Below, one piece after another: positions 15,069 through 27,125 of a stretch of 48,087 nt of DNA. Position numbers and translations under genes: made by a program. Numbering within the stretch: position 1 is the first letter of the stretch; every line of letters begins with the position of its first letter. The notes beneath the pieces were generated by a model, which had not been told where the DNA came from, searched no databases, and worked only from the letters and a program-made list of their open reading frames with translations. The DNA is taken from assembly GCA_030689795.1 (NCBI GenBank), contig JAUYEO010000182.1, positions 1 to 48,087 on the forward strand, read 5' to 3'. Source of the DNA: Desulfobacterales bacterium (GTDB lineage Bacteria > Desulfobacterota > Desulfobacteria > Desulfobacterales > RPRI01).

Positions 15069-17306
15069 ATGAACAACAACTTAACCTCCAATAAATATTC
15101 CACTGACTCCGCACAGGAAAGTTTCAGACGTAAAAGAGAAGGCATTATAATCGTTGCAATAATATTTATCGTTGCCCTCTTAACATTCCTTGAAAGCAGA
15201 ATCATTAAATTCGGAACCGATATACCGGTATCAAACACGGTTCTGATGTTTACCCTGATCAATATAAATTTATTATTGCTCATCCTTTTGATATTTCTGG
15301 TATTCAGAAACCTGTTTAAGCTTCTTTATGACAGAAAAAAGAAGGCCATGGGGGCAAAGCTCCGTACAAAACTTGTTATTGCCTTCGGTACCCTCACCCT
15401 CTTGCCGACAATAATTTTATTTTTCTTTTCAATTAGTTTTATAACCACCAGTATTGAATTCTGGTTTAATGTTCCGGTTGAGCAGGCGCTTGAAAATTCA
15501 CTTGATGTCGGGCGATACCATTATGACCAGATTAAGAATAATAACAGGTTTTATCTGGAAAGAATTTCGTATCAAATCAACTCCAAAAAACTCCTTGATC
15601 CTCTTAAAATAAATTCTCTTTCCCAATATCTGACGGTTGTTCAAAGGTCATTCAACATAAACGCCATCGAATTATATAACAGTGATTTCGAACGGATCTC
15701 TTTCGCGCTTGCTTCTGAGCTTGAAAACTTCCCTTTAGATACCATTACTCCCGATAATCTTCAAAAAGATATGTCTCCTGAAAATGTCCGTACTATCACT
15801 GAAAAAATATCCCGGGGAGAGCTTGTAAGAATTATCGGAACAGTGCCTTTCGGAGTTCGGCCCAAAGAGGCAAGCGGGTATATCGTTTTGACAAGCCTGA
15901 TTTCCAATCATCTTTCCGACAAGATGAAATCCATTTCCCTCGGCTTTGAAGAATACCAGCAAATCAAACTATTTAAAAAACCGATTCAGATTTCATATTA
16001 TATATTACTCTCTATCGTTGCATTGCTTGTGCTTTTTTGCGCCATCTGGTTCGGTTTTTATCTTGCCAAATCAATTACTATCCCTATCATGGAGTTAGCT
16101 GAGGGCACACGGAGAGTCGCTGAAGGAGATCTTGGTTTCAGCATTGATATAAAGGCAGATGATGAAATAGGAAGCCTTGTCAACTCATTTAATAAAATGA
16201 CAAAAGATCTCAGGACCGGCAGGGAACAACTCGAGCTTTCAGCAAAAATGCTTGGGCAGCAAAATATTGAGATTGAAGAAAGACGCCGGTACATGGAAAT
16301 CGTATTAAAAAACATCTCGACAGGAGTTATAACCCTTGATGCCGGCGGAATTATCACTACAATAAACAAGTCGGCGGAAAAGATGCTAAATCTTGAACCT
16401 GATGAAATTATAGGAAAAAGCTATAAAGAGTTATTAAAAGATCAGCATCTTAGCCTTGCCGCCGAAATAATGGAAAGCCTCTCAGTTTCAAAAGATAATG
16501 CTGTTGAATTACCCTTAAGTCTCTCCATCGGTGAAAGACGCCGGAGTTTTCTTATAAATGTCAATGCATTAAAAGATGATTCCGAGCAGCACGTGGGGCT
16601 GGTTATGGTTTTTGACGATCTGACCGAACTTGAGAAAGCTCAGAGGATGGCCGCGTGGAGAGAAGTGGCACGTCGAATAGCGCATGAAGTAAAGAATCCA
16701 TTAACGCCGATAAAACTGTCCGCACAGCGACTTAAGCGAAAATATTCAAAACAGATCCACGAGCCGGTATTTGAAGAATGTACCAGAATGATAATAGATC
16801 ATGTTGATTTAATTAGAAACCTTGTTAATGAGTTTTCATCCTTTGCGAGGTTTCCTACTGCAAATCCGGTCCCGTGTGATTTGCCTCCCATAATCAGAGA
16901 GACTGTTGCTCTTTATAAGGAAGGCCATCAAAAAATTCTTTTCGGCATAAATATTCCTGATAACATACCGCGTCTTAACCTGGACAGGCAGCAGATAAAA
17001 CAGGCTATGATCAATCTGGTTGATAATGCGGTTGCCGCGATTAAAGATAACGGAAATATTGTTATTACACTTGAGCATGATAATGAATTAAAAGCAGTCA
17101 GCATTGAAGTTGCTGATGACGGAGCCGGTATATCAGAAGAAGATAAGGCGCGAATTTTTGAGCCGAATTTTTCAACAAAAAAAACCGGGTCAGGCCTTGG
17201 ACTCACTATAGTAAACACAATTATTGACGACCATAAAGGCATTATCCGGGTTCAGGACAATCACCCGAAAGGAACAAAATTTATCATTGAGCTGCCTATA
17301 GTTTAA
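15069..17306 (+). CDS. ntrY: NtrY-like HAMP/PAS sensor histidine kinase
   Basis: Three N-terminal TMs, HAMP, PAS, AWREVARRIAHEVKNPLTPI H-box, N/G1/F/G2 boxes. Confidence 0.9.
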   Translation: MNNNLTSNKYSTDSAQESFRRKREGIIIVAIIFIVALLTFLESRIIKFGTDIPVSNTVLMFTLININLLLLILLIFLVFRNLFKLLYDRKKKAMGAKLRTKLVIAFGTLTLLPTIILFFFSISFITTSIEFWFNVPVEQALENSLDVGRYHYDQIKNNNRFYLERISYQINSKKLLDPLKINSLSQYLTVVQRSFNINAIELYNSDFERISFALASELENFPLDTITPDNLQKDMSPENVRTITEKISRGELVRIIGTVPFGVRPKEASGYIVLTSLISNHLSDKMKSISLGFEEYQQIKLFKKPIQISYYILLSIVALLVLFCAIWFGFYLAKSITIPIMELAEGTRRVAEGDLGFSIDIKADDEIGSLVNSFNKMTKDLRTGREQLELSAKMLGQQNIEIEERRRYMEIVLKNISTGVITLDAGGIITTINKSAEKMLNLEPDEIIGKSYKELLKDQHLSLAAEIMESLSVSKDNAVELPLSLSIGERRRSFLINVNALKDDSEQHVGLVMVFDDLTELEKAQRMAAWREVARRIAHEVKNPLTPIKLSAQRLKRKYSKQIHEPVFEECTRMIIDHVDLIRNLVNEFSSFARFPTANPVPCDLPPIIRETVALYKEGHQKILFGINIPDNIPRLNLDRQQIKQAMINLVDNAVAAIKDNGNIVITLEHDNELKAVSIEVADDGAGISEEDKARIFEPNFSTKKTGSGLGLTIVNTIIDDHKGIIRVQDNHPKGTKFIIELPIV

Positions 17307-17358
17307 ACTTGTTTTTAACCGGCGTATTTTTGATAATCTGATTGAAGGAATAATAAAA

Positions 17359-18711
17359 ATGTTTCCAACCATATTAATTGTCGATGACGAACCGTCAATT
17401 CTTAAATCATTAAGCGGCCTTCTTACCGATGAAGGCTTTGAAGTCATGACAGCTTCGAACGGATATGAGGGGCTGAAGATTATAGACAGGGAATCTCCTG
17501 ATCTGGTTCTCCTGGATATATGGATGCCGGGTATAGACGGTATTGAAACTTTAAAACAGATTAAAAAGGAAAATCCTTATGTGCAGGTTATAGTTATTAC
17601 AGGCCACGGTAATATTGAAACTGCAGTAAAAGCAACAAAACTCGGAGCTTATGACCTTATAGAAAAACCCCTGTCAATAGACAAGATAATAGTTGCCATC
17701 AGTAATGCGCTGAATTTCAGGCGCCTGGAAGAGGAAAACAGATATCTTAGAAAAAAAACTATCGAAAAGCATGCCATAAACGGAACCAGCCCCCCGATAG
17801 TTGAACTGAAGAAAAAGATAGCTACAGTTGCCCCGACAGATGCATGGGTTCTGATCACAGGTGAGAATGGAACAGGCAAAGAGCTGGTTGCACGTACCAT
17901 ATACCAGCTAAGCGCACGGGTTGAAGAACCGTTTATAACTGTTGATTGCGCAACCATTCCTGAAGAATTTATCGAAAGCGAACTTTTCGGACACGAAAAG
18001 GGGGCCTTCACCGGGGAAACCGCCAAAAAAAGGGGAAAATTTGAATTGGCCGATAATGGAACCATTTTTCTGGATGATATCGGAGACATGAGCTTAAAAA
18101 CCCAGGCTAAAATCTTAAGGGTGCTGCAGGAAAAGAAGTTTCAGAGAGTTGGCGGAAACAGGACTTTAAATGTAAATGTGAGGATAATTGCAGCGAGCAA
18201 TAAGTCCCTAGAAAAAGAAATCGAGAAGGGAAGTTTCAGGGAAGATCTCTATTACCGGCTTAATGTTGTTCCTATAGAAGTTCCTCCTTTAAGAACCCGT
18301 AAAGAGGATATTCCTGTTCTGATTGATACTTTTTTAGCCGAATGCGTCAAACAATTTAAAAGCGAAAAGAAAATTCTTTCACCTAAGGCCCTTGAATTAT
18401 TATGTAACTATTCATGGCCCGGCAATGTAAGAGAGCTGAAGAACTTTGTTCAGCAGATTGCCATAATGGTAGAAAAAAACGTGCTTGGTGTTTCCGATAT
18501 TCCGGAGCAGTATAAACCTGCTGTTAAAGAAAAAATTGAATCTGCCGAACAGGAGTTCTTCCGGATTGACAGTTTGAAAGACGCCAAAAAGGCTTTCGAA
18601 AAAGAATTTATAAAAAGGAAGCTTTCGGAAAATGAAAAAAATATTTCAAAAACGGCAAAGAAAATCGATGTCGGGCGAAGTTATCTTCATAAAAAATTAA
18701 AGCATCTGTAA
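17359..18711 (+). CDS. ntrX: NtrX-like response regulator (REC-AAA+-HTH)
   Basis: ILIVDDE, LLDIWMP, GENGTGKE, ESELFGHEKGAFTGE, FREDLYYRLNV, WPGNVREL. Confidence 0.9.
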   Translation: MFPTILIVDDEPSILKSLSGLLTDEGFEVMTASNGYEGLKIIDRESPDLVLLDIWMPGIDGIETLKQIKKENPYVQVIVITGHGNIETAVKATKLGAYDLIEKPLSIDKIIVAISNALNFRRLEEENRYLRKKTIEKHAINGTSPPIVELKKKIATVAPTDAWVLITGENGTGKELVARTIYQLSARVEEPFITVDCATIPEEFIESELFGHEKGAFTGETAKKRGKFELADNGTIFLDDIGDMSLKTQAKILRVLQEKKFQRVGGNRTLNVNVRIIAASNKSLEKEIEKGSFREDLYYRLNVVPIEVPPLRTRKEDIPVLIDTFLAECVKQFKSEKKILSPKALELLCNYSWPGNVRELKNFVQQIAIMVEKNVLGVSDIPEQYKPAVKEKIESAEQEFFRIDSLKDAKKAFEKEFIKRKLSENEKNISKTAKKIDVGRSYLHKKLKHL

Positions 18712-18715
18712 TCTA

Positions 18716-19279
18716 ATGGGATTGAGGATCATAAGCGGTGATTTAAAAGGCAAAAAGCTTTTTTCACCAAAAGGCATCAGGATAAGACCCACAGCGGATC
18801 GATTAAGAGAAAGTATCTTCAGCATTCTTTCCGCCCGTGTCGCAGGTTCGGTAGTGCTTGACCTTTTTGCGGGAACCGGAGCTCTGGGCATAGAAGCCCT
18901 GAGCAGGGGAGCATCATTTGCACTGTTTGTAGATAACGATAAAGAGGCGCTTTCAATCATCAAAAAAAATATTGAGATTTGCGGACTCAGTGACAGAATT
19001 AAAATAGCAGGATTAAATATTGAAAGGAATTTTATTGATTTCAGGCAAGAGTTTCCGGTTGTAAATCTTGTTTTTATGGATCCGCCCTATAATAAAAATT
19101 TGATCAGGCCGGCTTTGGTGAACCTGTCCGGAAGCTGTATTCTTGAAAAAGAAGCCCTGCTGGTTATCGAACATGATTTACTCGAAACTATCCCTGAAAA
19201 TATTCACGGTTACAAAATTGAAGACCAAAGAAGATACGGGAAAACCCTTGTTTCGTTTATAAAATATATGGTATGCTGA
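18716..19279 (+). CDS. rsmD: 16S rRNA (guanine966-N2)-methyltransferase
   Basis: LRIISG, IRPTADRLRESIF, LDLFAGTGALGIEALSRGA, FMDPPY; adjacent to coaD. Confidence 0.95.
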   Translation: MGLRIISGDLKGKKLFSPKGIRIRPTADRLRESIFSILSARVAGSVVLDLFAGTGALGIEALSRGASFALFVDNDKEALSIIKKNIEICGLSDRIKIAGLNIERNFIDFRQEFPVVNLVFMDPPYNKNLIRPALVNLSGSCILEKEALLVIEHDLLETIPENIHGYKIEDQRRYGKTLVSFIKYMVC

Positions 19280-19318
19280 AAAAGAATAAACCCAAAACAA
19301 CACAGACGGATTTTTTTA

Positions 19319-19837
19319 ATGAAAAGAATTGCTATTTATCCCGGTTCTTTTGATCCTATTACAAACGGTCATCTTGATATTCTTGAAAGAGGACTTAAGC
19401 TCTTCGACAAAATAATAGTTGCCATTTTACATAACCCAGGCAAGGAATCTTTATTTACTGTCGAAGAACGAATCCACATGCTGAAAGTAAGTTTAAAAAA
19501 AATCAAAAATGTTGAAATAGACACATTCGCCGGACTTCTTGTGGATTACGCTGCAAAGAGAAAAAGCCACGCGATTCTTCGTGGAATGCGCGCGGTATCC
19601 GATTTTGAATATGAATTCCAGCTTGCGCTGATGAACCGGCGCCTTGACAGGGAAATTCAAACTGTTTTTCTTATGACCGGTTTGAGATGGATTTTTACAA
19701 GTTCATCAATAATAAAAGAAGCGGCACGGTTTGGCGGAAACATCAACGGAATGGTTCCTCCGATAGTAAATCAGAAACTGAAAGAAAAATTCGGTTTTAA
19801 TTCCAATTCAAAACATAATGGATCTGTGGCACCTTAA
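19319..19837 (+). CDS. coaD: Pantetheine-phosphate adenylyltransferase
   Basis: IYPGSFDPITNGHLDI, RGMRAVSDFEYEFQLALMN. Confidence 0.97.
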   Translation: MKRIAIYPGSFDPITNGHLDILERGLKLFDKIIVAILHNPGKESLFTVEERIHMLKVSLKKIKNVEIDTFAGLLVDYAAKRKSHAILRGMRAVSDFEYEFQLALMNRRLDREIQTVFLMTGLRWIFTSSSIIKEAARFGGNINGMVPPIVNQKLKEKFGFNSNSKHNGSVAP

Positions 19838-20723
19838 CATCTTCTGTAAAGTCGTCGAGCACAAGAGCTTTTCAAAAGCCGGTGAAACCGCTTATCTTTC
19901 CCAGCCCACGGTCAGCAGTCATATAAGAGATTTGGAATCTCATTTCGGTTGCCGCCTCATTGACCGTTTATCAAAAGAAGCGGTTCCTACAAAAGCAGGA
20001 GAATTGCTCTACTCTTATGCAAAAAAGCTCATGGCTTTGAATGATGAAATGAAAAGCGCTTTATCCGAATTTCAGGGAACCATAAAAGGAAGTCTTGTGA
20101 TAGGCGGAAGCACAATTCCGGGTGAATATATCCTTCCCCGAATCGTAGGGGCTTTTACCAAAATTTATCCCGATGTAAAAGTTTCGCTTGTTATCGGAGA
20201 CACCGAGAAAATAATAAATGAGACTCTTTCCGGAATTCTTGAGGCCGGAGTTGTGGGTGCGAAAAAAAAAGATAAACGGATTCACCAGGAAATCCTCATT
20301 GCCGATGAAATGCGTCTTATCGTTCCAGCCGATCACAAATGGGGAAAGAAAAAGAGCATCGGTTTAAAAATGCTTCTCAGCGAGCCGTTTATTATAAGGG
20401 AACGCGGATCGGGTACGTTAAAATCAATAGAGCAGAATTTGAATGCAACAGGATACGGAATCGATGATCTTAACATTTCAGCACAAATGGGAAGCACGGA
20501 AGCCGTAAGGCAAGGGATAAAATATAAAGCCGGAGTATCAATTCTTTCAACCATAGCCGTTGAGGGAGATTTAAAAGAAGGATCTTTAAAAGCGCTTGCC
20601 ATAGAAGGTCTCAACCTGAAACGAAATTTTTATCTGACACGAAACAGGCAGAGAAGCATTTCTCCGATATGCAATGCTTTTATATTACATATGAAAAATG
20701 AATTAAGCCGTTGTTCAAAATAA
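19818..20723 (+). CDS. LysR family transcriptional regulator (CysL / selenium-metabolism-associated type)
   Basis: SFSKAGETAYLSQPTVSSHI HTH; GGSTIPGEYILP; RERGSGT. Confidence 0.9.
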   Translation: MDLWHLNIFCKVVEHKSFSKAGETAYLSQPTVSSHIRDLESHFGCRLIDRLSKEAVPTKAGELLYSYAKKLMALNDEMKSALSEFQGTIKGSLVIGGSTIPGEYILPRIVGAFTKIYPDVKVSLVIGDTEKIINETLSGILEAGVVGAKKKDKRIHQEILIADEMRLIVPADHKWGKKKSIGLKMLLSEPFIIRERGSGTLKSIEQNLNATGYGIDDLNISAQMGSTEAVRQGIKYKAGVSILSTIAVEGDLKEGSLKALAIEGLNLKRNFYLTRNRQRSISPICNAFILHMKNELSRCSK

Positions 20724-20731
20724 CCATAACA

Positions 20732-20845
20732 TTGAACCGAAACAGCGAGCGGGGTTAGCGAGCGAATTTAAAACAGACCCTATTCCCTACGGTCGAAGAT
20801 TCTCCGCCGAAGGTCCGCCGTGGCGGATTTGCGGCGGGGAATCTT
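20732..20845. repeat. Dispersed palindromic repeat family A, long copy with nested TCCGCC..GGCGGA palindrome
   Basis: Hairpin AAGATTCTCCGCCG...CGGCGGGGAATCTT (20796-20845) enclosing TCCGCCGTGGCGGA; ends shared with 10223-10272. Confidence 0.7.
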
Positions 20846-20883
20846 TAAATGCCATGACCGGCCGATAAAAATTGAAAACAGCC

Positions 20884-23049
20884 ATGAAAATACCTCTTTC
20901 AAATAATGCCGGAATAATTCTCGAAAAACGTTATCTGAAAAAAGAGAAGGATGGAAAAGCGACAGAGACTCCCGAAGATATGTTTATAAGGGTTGCAAAG
21001 CATATTGCTTCCGCCGACTCTTTATTCGACTCTTCTTTTGATGTAAAAAAAACAGAAAAAAAATTTCTATCCCTTTTGACTCATCTTTGGTTTCTGCCCA
21101 ACTCCCCGACACTTATGAATGCCGGCAGGCGCCTTGGCCAGCTCGCGGCATGTTTCGTACTGCCCATTGAAGATTCAATGGACAGCATATTTGAAACATT
21201 AAAACATACGGCCATGATACATAAAAGCGGGGGTGGCACGGGTTTCTCTTTTTCACGGATACGCCCTGAAAAGGACATAGTGCTGTCAACCGCAGGGATA
21301 TCAAGCGGCCCTATTTCTTTCATGAACGTTTTTGATGTAGCAACAGAAACAGTCAAGCAGGGCGGTACCCGTAGAGGAGCAAATATGGGTATCTTAAGGG
21401 TGGATCATCCGGATATCGAGTCTTTCATTAACCTGAAAAACGACAAGGGCGTGTTGAATAATTTCAACATATCGGTGGCACTCACACAAAAATTCATGGA
21501 TGCGCTTGAGAAGGATTCCGAGTATGACCTGATAAACCCGCGGACGGACCAGGCCGTAAGAAGCGTTTCAGCCGGAAAAATATTTGATTCGATAGTGCAT
21601 TCAGCCTGGCTGACCGGTGAACCTGGTATAATATTCATAGACAGAATAAACCGTGACAATCCTGCTCCTCATCTCGGAAATATTGAAGCAACAAATCCAT
21701 GCGGGGAACAGCCGCTTCTTCCGTATGAATCATGCACCCTCGGCTCCATTAATCTGTCCGGAATGGTTTCGGGAAAGACGGTAAATTATAACCGCCTGAA
21801 AAAAACCGTTCATGATTCAGTCCATTTTCTCGATAATGTTGTAGAGATAAACAAGTACCCTCTCCCACGCATAGAAAAAATGAGCAAAGGAACCAGAAAG
21901 ATAGGCATCGGGGTAATGGGGTTTGCCGATATGCTTATTAAACTTGAAATACCTTACGCTTCGGATGAAGCATCATCCGAAGCAGAAAAGGTAATGTCGT
22001 TTATTTCTGAAGAATCAAAAATTGCATCTGCGGCACTTGCAAAAAAAAGGGGTAACTTTTCATTTTACGAAGGAAGTATTTATGATAACCTCCGGACTCC
22101 CCATATGCGCAATGCAACCACTACGACAATAGCTCCAACAGGGACCATCAGCATTATAGCCGGGACGTCGAGCGGCATTGAACCAATATTTGCCGTAGCT
22201 CAGATTCGCCGCGTTCTTGAAGGAAAATCTCTTTCGGAGATAAATCCCCTGTTTGTGGAGATTGCAAAAAAAGAGGGATTTTATAATAATAATCTTATAC
22301 AGGACGTATCAGAAGGCCGGTCAATTCAGGATATAAAATCAGTCCCGGATAATATTAAAGCTCTTTTCAAAACATCTCACGAGATATCGCCCGAACAGCA
22401 CATAAAAATTCAGGCGGCTTTCCAGAAATTTACTGATAATGCAGTTTCAAAGACAGTCAACTTCAGCTCCGAAGCTTTACGGGGGGATATAGCAAAAGTA
22501 TACCTGCTTGCCCACAAGAACGGATGCAAAGGAGTTACAATATACCGGTACGGAAGCCGTGACCAGCAAGTGTTAAGTATCGGAGCGGAAAACAAAGATC
22601 CGGTTAAAATTGCCCCCAGGCCTCGACCTGAACGCACAGTCGGCACCACGGAACGCATCAAGACAGGATGCGGGAAATTGTACGTCACAATAAATTCGGA
22701 TGATAAGGGAATGAGCGAGGTCTTTGCCCAGATGGGAAAGACAGGAGGATGCGCATCATCTCAAATTGAAGCGGCAGGCCGTCTTATATCGCTTGCTTTA
22801 CGGTCAGGCATAAAAGTTGAAGCCGTTATTAAACAGCTGACTGGAATAAGATGCCCTTCCCCTTCATGGCAGAACGGAGAAATGGTTCTGTCATGCCCTG
22901 ATGCAATTGCAAGGGTGCTCAAAAACAAAACCAATTTTTCTTTAATCGAAAGCGGGGCCATGATAGGGGTTTGTCCTGAATGTAACGGCGTTATCACACA
23001 CCAGGAAGGCTGCATCGTTTGCCACTCCTGCGGATATTCAAGATGCTAG
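20884..23049 (+). CDS. nrdJ: Adenosylcobalamin-dependent (class II) ribonucleotide reductase
   Basis: FLPNSPTLMNAG, QLAACFV, QGGTRRGANMG, ATNPCGEQPL, TTIAPTGT; C-terminal SCPD domain and Zn ribbon; no ATP cone or intein seen. Confidence 0.95.
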   Translation: MKIPLSNNAGIILEKRYLKKEKDGKATETPEDMFIRVAKHIASADSLFDSSFDVKKTEKKFLSLLTHLWFLPNSPTLMNAGRRLGQLAACFVLPIEDSMDSIFETLKHTAMIHKSGGGTGFSFSRIRPEKDIVLSTAGISSGPISFMNVFDVATETVKQGGTRRGANMGILRVDHPDIESFINLKNDKGVLNNFNISVALTQKFMDALEKDSEYDLINPRTDQAVRSVSAGKIFDSIVHSAWLTGEPGIIFIDRINRDNPAPHLGNIEATNPCGEQPLLPYESCTLGSINLSGMVSGKTVNYNRLKKTVHDSVHFLDNVVEINKYPLPRIEKMSKGTRKIGIGVMGFADMLIKLEIPYASDEASSEAEKVMSFISEESKIASAALAKKRGNFSFYEGSIYDNLRTPHMRNATTTTIAPTGTISIIAGTSSGIEPIFAVAQIRRVLEGKSLSEINPLFVEIAKKEGFYNNNLIQDVSEGRSIQDIKSVPDNIKALFKTSHEISPEQHIKIQAAFQKFTDNAVSKTVNFSSEALRGDIAKVYLLAHKNGCKGVTIYRYGSRDQQVLSIGAENKDPVKIAPRPRPERTVGTTERIKTGCGKLYVTINSDDKGMSEVFAQMGKTGGCASSQIEAAGRLISLALRSGIKVEAVIKQLTGIRCPSPSWQNGEMVLSCPDAIARVLKNKTNFSLIESGAMIGVCPECNGVITHQEGCIVCHSCGYSRC

Positions 23050-23092
23050 CCTGAGAAAAGGAAACAACTCGAGATCTTTGCATAACACCCAC

Positions 23093-23752
23093 TTATTCTT
23101 CCCTCCATCCATGTTCCCCGACAAGCTTGACAAACCTGCACCCGCCGAGGTTTGTCTTATGAATACCCCGTTCATCCCTGTAAAGCCTGATCAGATCCTG
23201 AGTATATTGATTTCCGACAGGAATTACCAATCGTCCGCCCATCGCAAGCTGGCTCACAAGAACCTTTGGAATATCAGGCGCACCGGCCGTAACTATTATT
23301 GCATCAAAAGGGCTTTCAGACTCCCATCCGAGTGATCCGTCGGAATATTTCGTCACGATATTGTGATAATGAAGTCTGTCAAAAAGATTGCGGGTCTTTA
23401 CATAAAGAGAATGAATCCTTTCAGTTGTATAAACACGAAAAGCTATTTCAGCAAGAATCGCAGCCTGATAACCGGACCCCGTACCAATTTCAAGAACTCT
23501 GTCTTCTTTATTCAGATTGAGGGCTTGAGTCATTTCCGCAACAATATAAGGCTGTGATATAGTTTGCTGTTCACCGATCGGAAGGGGAAAATCGCCGTAA
23601 GCCTGATCCATCAAAGCGTCACTCACAAAGAGGTGCCGCGGAACCTTTAGCATGGCAAAAATAACTTTGGGGTCGGTTATACCGCGGACTTCGATCTGGG
23701 TTCTCACCATTTCTTCGCGCATCCGCTCATATTTCAATGCGGTTTCATTCAT
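23093..23752 (-). CDS. pcm: Protein-L-isoaspartate O-methyltransferase
   Basis: [40 protein letters not shown]. Confidence 0.96.
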   Translation of the reverse strand: MNETALKYERMREEMVRTQIEVRGITDPKVIFAMLKVPRHLFVSDALMDQAYGDFPLPIGEQQTISQPYIVAEMTQALNLNKEDRVLEIGTGSGYQAAILAEIAFRVYTTERIHSLYVKTRNLFDRLHYHNIVTKYSDGSLGWESESPFDAIIVTAGAPDIPKVLVSQLAMGGRLVIPVGNQYTQDLIRLYRDERGIHKTNLGGCRFVKLVGEHGWREE

Positions 23753-23925
23753 ACTTGGTTTCCTACCAAATGAATTATCCGGCGTCAAGAATTCAAGCCT
23801 TGAAAGTTTTACCGGTTTATCTTATATTAATGAAGGATCGTTTCCAAAAGAGTTGTTGATTGTAATAGGATCCCTTCCCCCCAGCTAATTGGGAGAAGAA
23901 ACTATAATATTATAATGAAACTTTC

Positions 23926-24927
23926 ATGAACAGTGTAAAGCATCTCATATTATCCCTTCTGTTAATACTCTTTATCTGCATTGCCGGAACTGCAGGTTAT
24001 ATGATGATTGAGGGTTGGAATCTTCTTGATTCAATTTATATGACTGTAATAACAATTGCCACTGTCGGATACGGTGAAGTCCATAAGGTCAGCAATAATG
24101 GGCGTATTTTTACAATTATACTAATTTTTTCCGGTGTCGGTTTCTGCTTATATATAGCAGGCGCCTTGGTTCAATTCATGGTAGAAGGAAGAATCAGAGA
24201 TATTCTGGGGAGGAGGAGATTGGATAAAAAAATCGGCGGGCTTAAAAACCACTACATTGTTTGCGGATATGGTCGAATCGGAAAAATACTGTGTAAAAAC
24301 CTGATGATCAAGAAAGATTTTGACCTTATTGTTATAGAAAACAACAAGGATCTTATCCCGGTTATGGAAGAAGACGGGGTTTTATATTTGCCCGCAGATG
24401 CAGGTGATGAAGAGAACCTGATAAAAGCAGGCATAAAAACAGCTAAAGGGCTTGTTGCCGTCCTTGCTACAGATGCAGACAATGTTTTTCTTGTTCTCAG
24501 CGCAAGACAACTTAATCCAGACCTGTACATAACAGCCAGGGCAAGCCGAAATCAAGCAAAATCCAAGCTCCTGGCCGCAGGAGCCAATAACGTTATCTCG
24601 CCATATGATATCGGCGCAATCAGCATGGCTCAGAGAATTCTGAGGCCTGCGGTAACAAGCTTTTTAGATCTCGCTTTCGCCGAGCAGCGTAAAGACATAA
24701 AAATGGAGGAAATTCCTGTCAGTGCTTCTTCAGGCATTATAAACATAATGTTAAAAGATTCCGGAATCAGGCAAAAGTACAACCTCATTATCATAGCGAT
24801 AAAAAAGCAGGACGGAAGTATGCTCTTTAATCCTTCCTTTGAGACTAAAATTCAGGCTGGAGATACCGTTATTGCTGTTGGAGAAGATGAAAATCTTCAA
24901 AAATTTGAAAAAATCCTGCAACCGTAG
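23926..24927 (+). CDS. Potassium channel protein (2TM pore + TrkA-N/TrkA-C RCK domains)
   Basis: Filter TVGYGE; HYIVCGYGRIG. Confidence 0.93.
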   Translation: MNSVKHLILSLLLILFICIAGTAGYMMIEGWNLLDSIYMTVITIATVGYGEVHKVSNNGRIFTIILIFSGVGFCLYIAGALVQFMVEGRIRDILGRRRLDKKIGGLKNHYIVCGYGRIGKILCKNLMIKKDFDLIVIENNKDLIPVMEEDGVLYLPADAGDEENLIKAGIKTAKGLVAVLATDADNVFLVLSARQLNPDLYITARASRNQAKSKLLAAGANNVISPYDIGAISMAQRILRPAVTSFLDLAFAEQRKDIKMEEIPVSASSGIINIMLKDSGIRQKYNLIIIAIKKQDGSMLFNPSFETKIQAGDTVIAVGEDENLQKFEKILQP

Positions 24928-25031
24928 ATTTTAAGCCTTCGAGACCTTTGAACAACATGCACTTCGGGACCTTTAATCAGATGTTCTGCATCGTCATAAG
25001 TACGATTCTTACCTCGAAGAGCACAACGCCG

Positions 25032-25619
25032 TCAAATCTTATATATTATCCTGTCTTCGGTAATGATAATATCCACATACTTGTCATGGGATTCCATCGG
25101 AATATGCTGAACAATCTGACTTTCATATGCAAGAGCGACTTTTCTTGTGGTAACAGGAAGTTTTGGAATTAATCTGTCATAAGACCCGTCACCGGAGCCT
25201 ATCCTACCGCCTTTTTCATCAAAAGCAATCCCCGGAATAATTGCTATTTCAATAAATTCTACAGGAATAATTTTACATTTATCGGCATCGGGTTCCGGAG
25301 TTCTTTTTTCACCATACTTCATGTCAGTTTTAAAATTGTCGACCTTCATCAAGATTATTTCATTTTTTTGCACATTAAAGGCGGGAAGAATGACAATCTT
25401 ATTGTTGTCAAAACATTTTTTTAAAATGTTTCCGGTAACAACCTCACATGCAGAATTGATATACAGCAAGGATGTTTTCGCCTCAACAAAATTGGCAAAT
25501 TCAAAAAGCCTTTTTTCTATTCCCTGCGTTTTCTCAGATATATTATTAGCCGAAAGTTTGCTGAATATTTTTGATATATTATTGCGTATTTCAACTTTTT
25601 TCCCCCGAAGCTCCTCCAT
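25032..25619 (-). CDS. ygfA: 5-formyltetrahydrofolate cyclo-ligase family protein
   Basis: IIPGIAFDEKGGRIGSGDGSYDR, PMESHDKYVDIIITE. Confidence 0.88.
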   Translation of the reverse strand: MEELRGKKVEIRNNISKIFSKLSANNISEKTQGIEKRLFEFANFVEAKTSLLYINSACEVVTGNILKKCFDNNKIVILPAFNVQKNEIILMKVDNFKTDMKYGEKRTPEPDADKCKIIPVEFIEIAIIPGIAFDEKGGRIGSGDGSYDRLIPKLPVTTRKVALAYESQIVQHIPMESHDKYVDIIITEDRIIYKI

Positions 25620-25838
25620 ATATGATCTCCCGAGATAGTGGAATTTATAATCTTATTAACATAATAGTTGACAAATGTCAACTTATAAAAATCATTGACT
25701 AAAAAGATGGTACATGGTTATAAGTAAACCGATTCGATATTGTTATTTGCACGCGGCTATATTCAGGTTTATCGGTTCTTCCTGCAATTTTAAGATTTTA
25801 TGGTATAATCTTCGATTATTATAAAAAGGTGTTTATAG

Positions 25839-27124
<1,286 letters not shown>

Positions 27125-27125
<1 letters not shown>

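Noticed and set aside
20724-20883. Structured leader upstream of B12-dependent nrdJ as a cobalamin riboswitch
   Set aside because: No B12-box or other cobalamin riboswitch motifs; the hairpin belongs to a repeat also present at 10223
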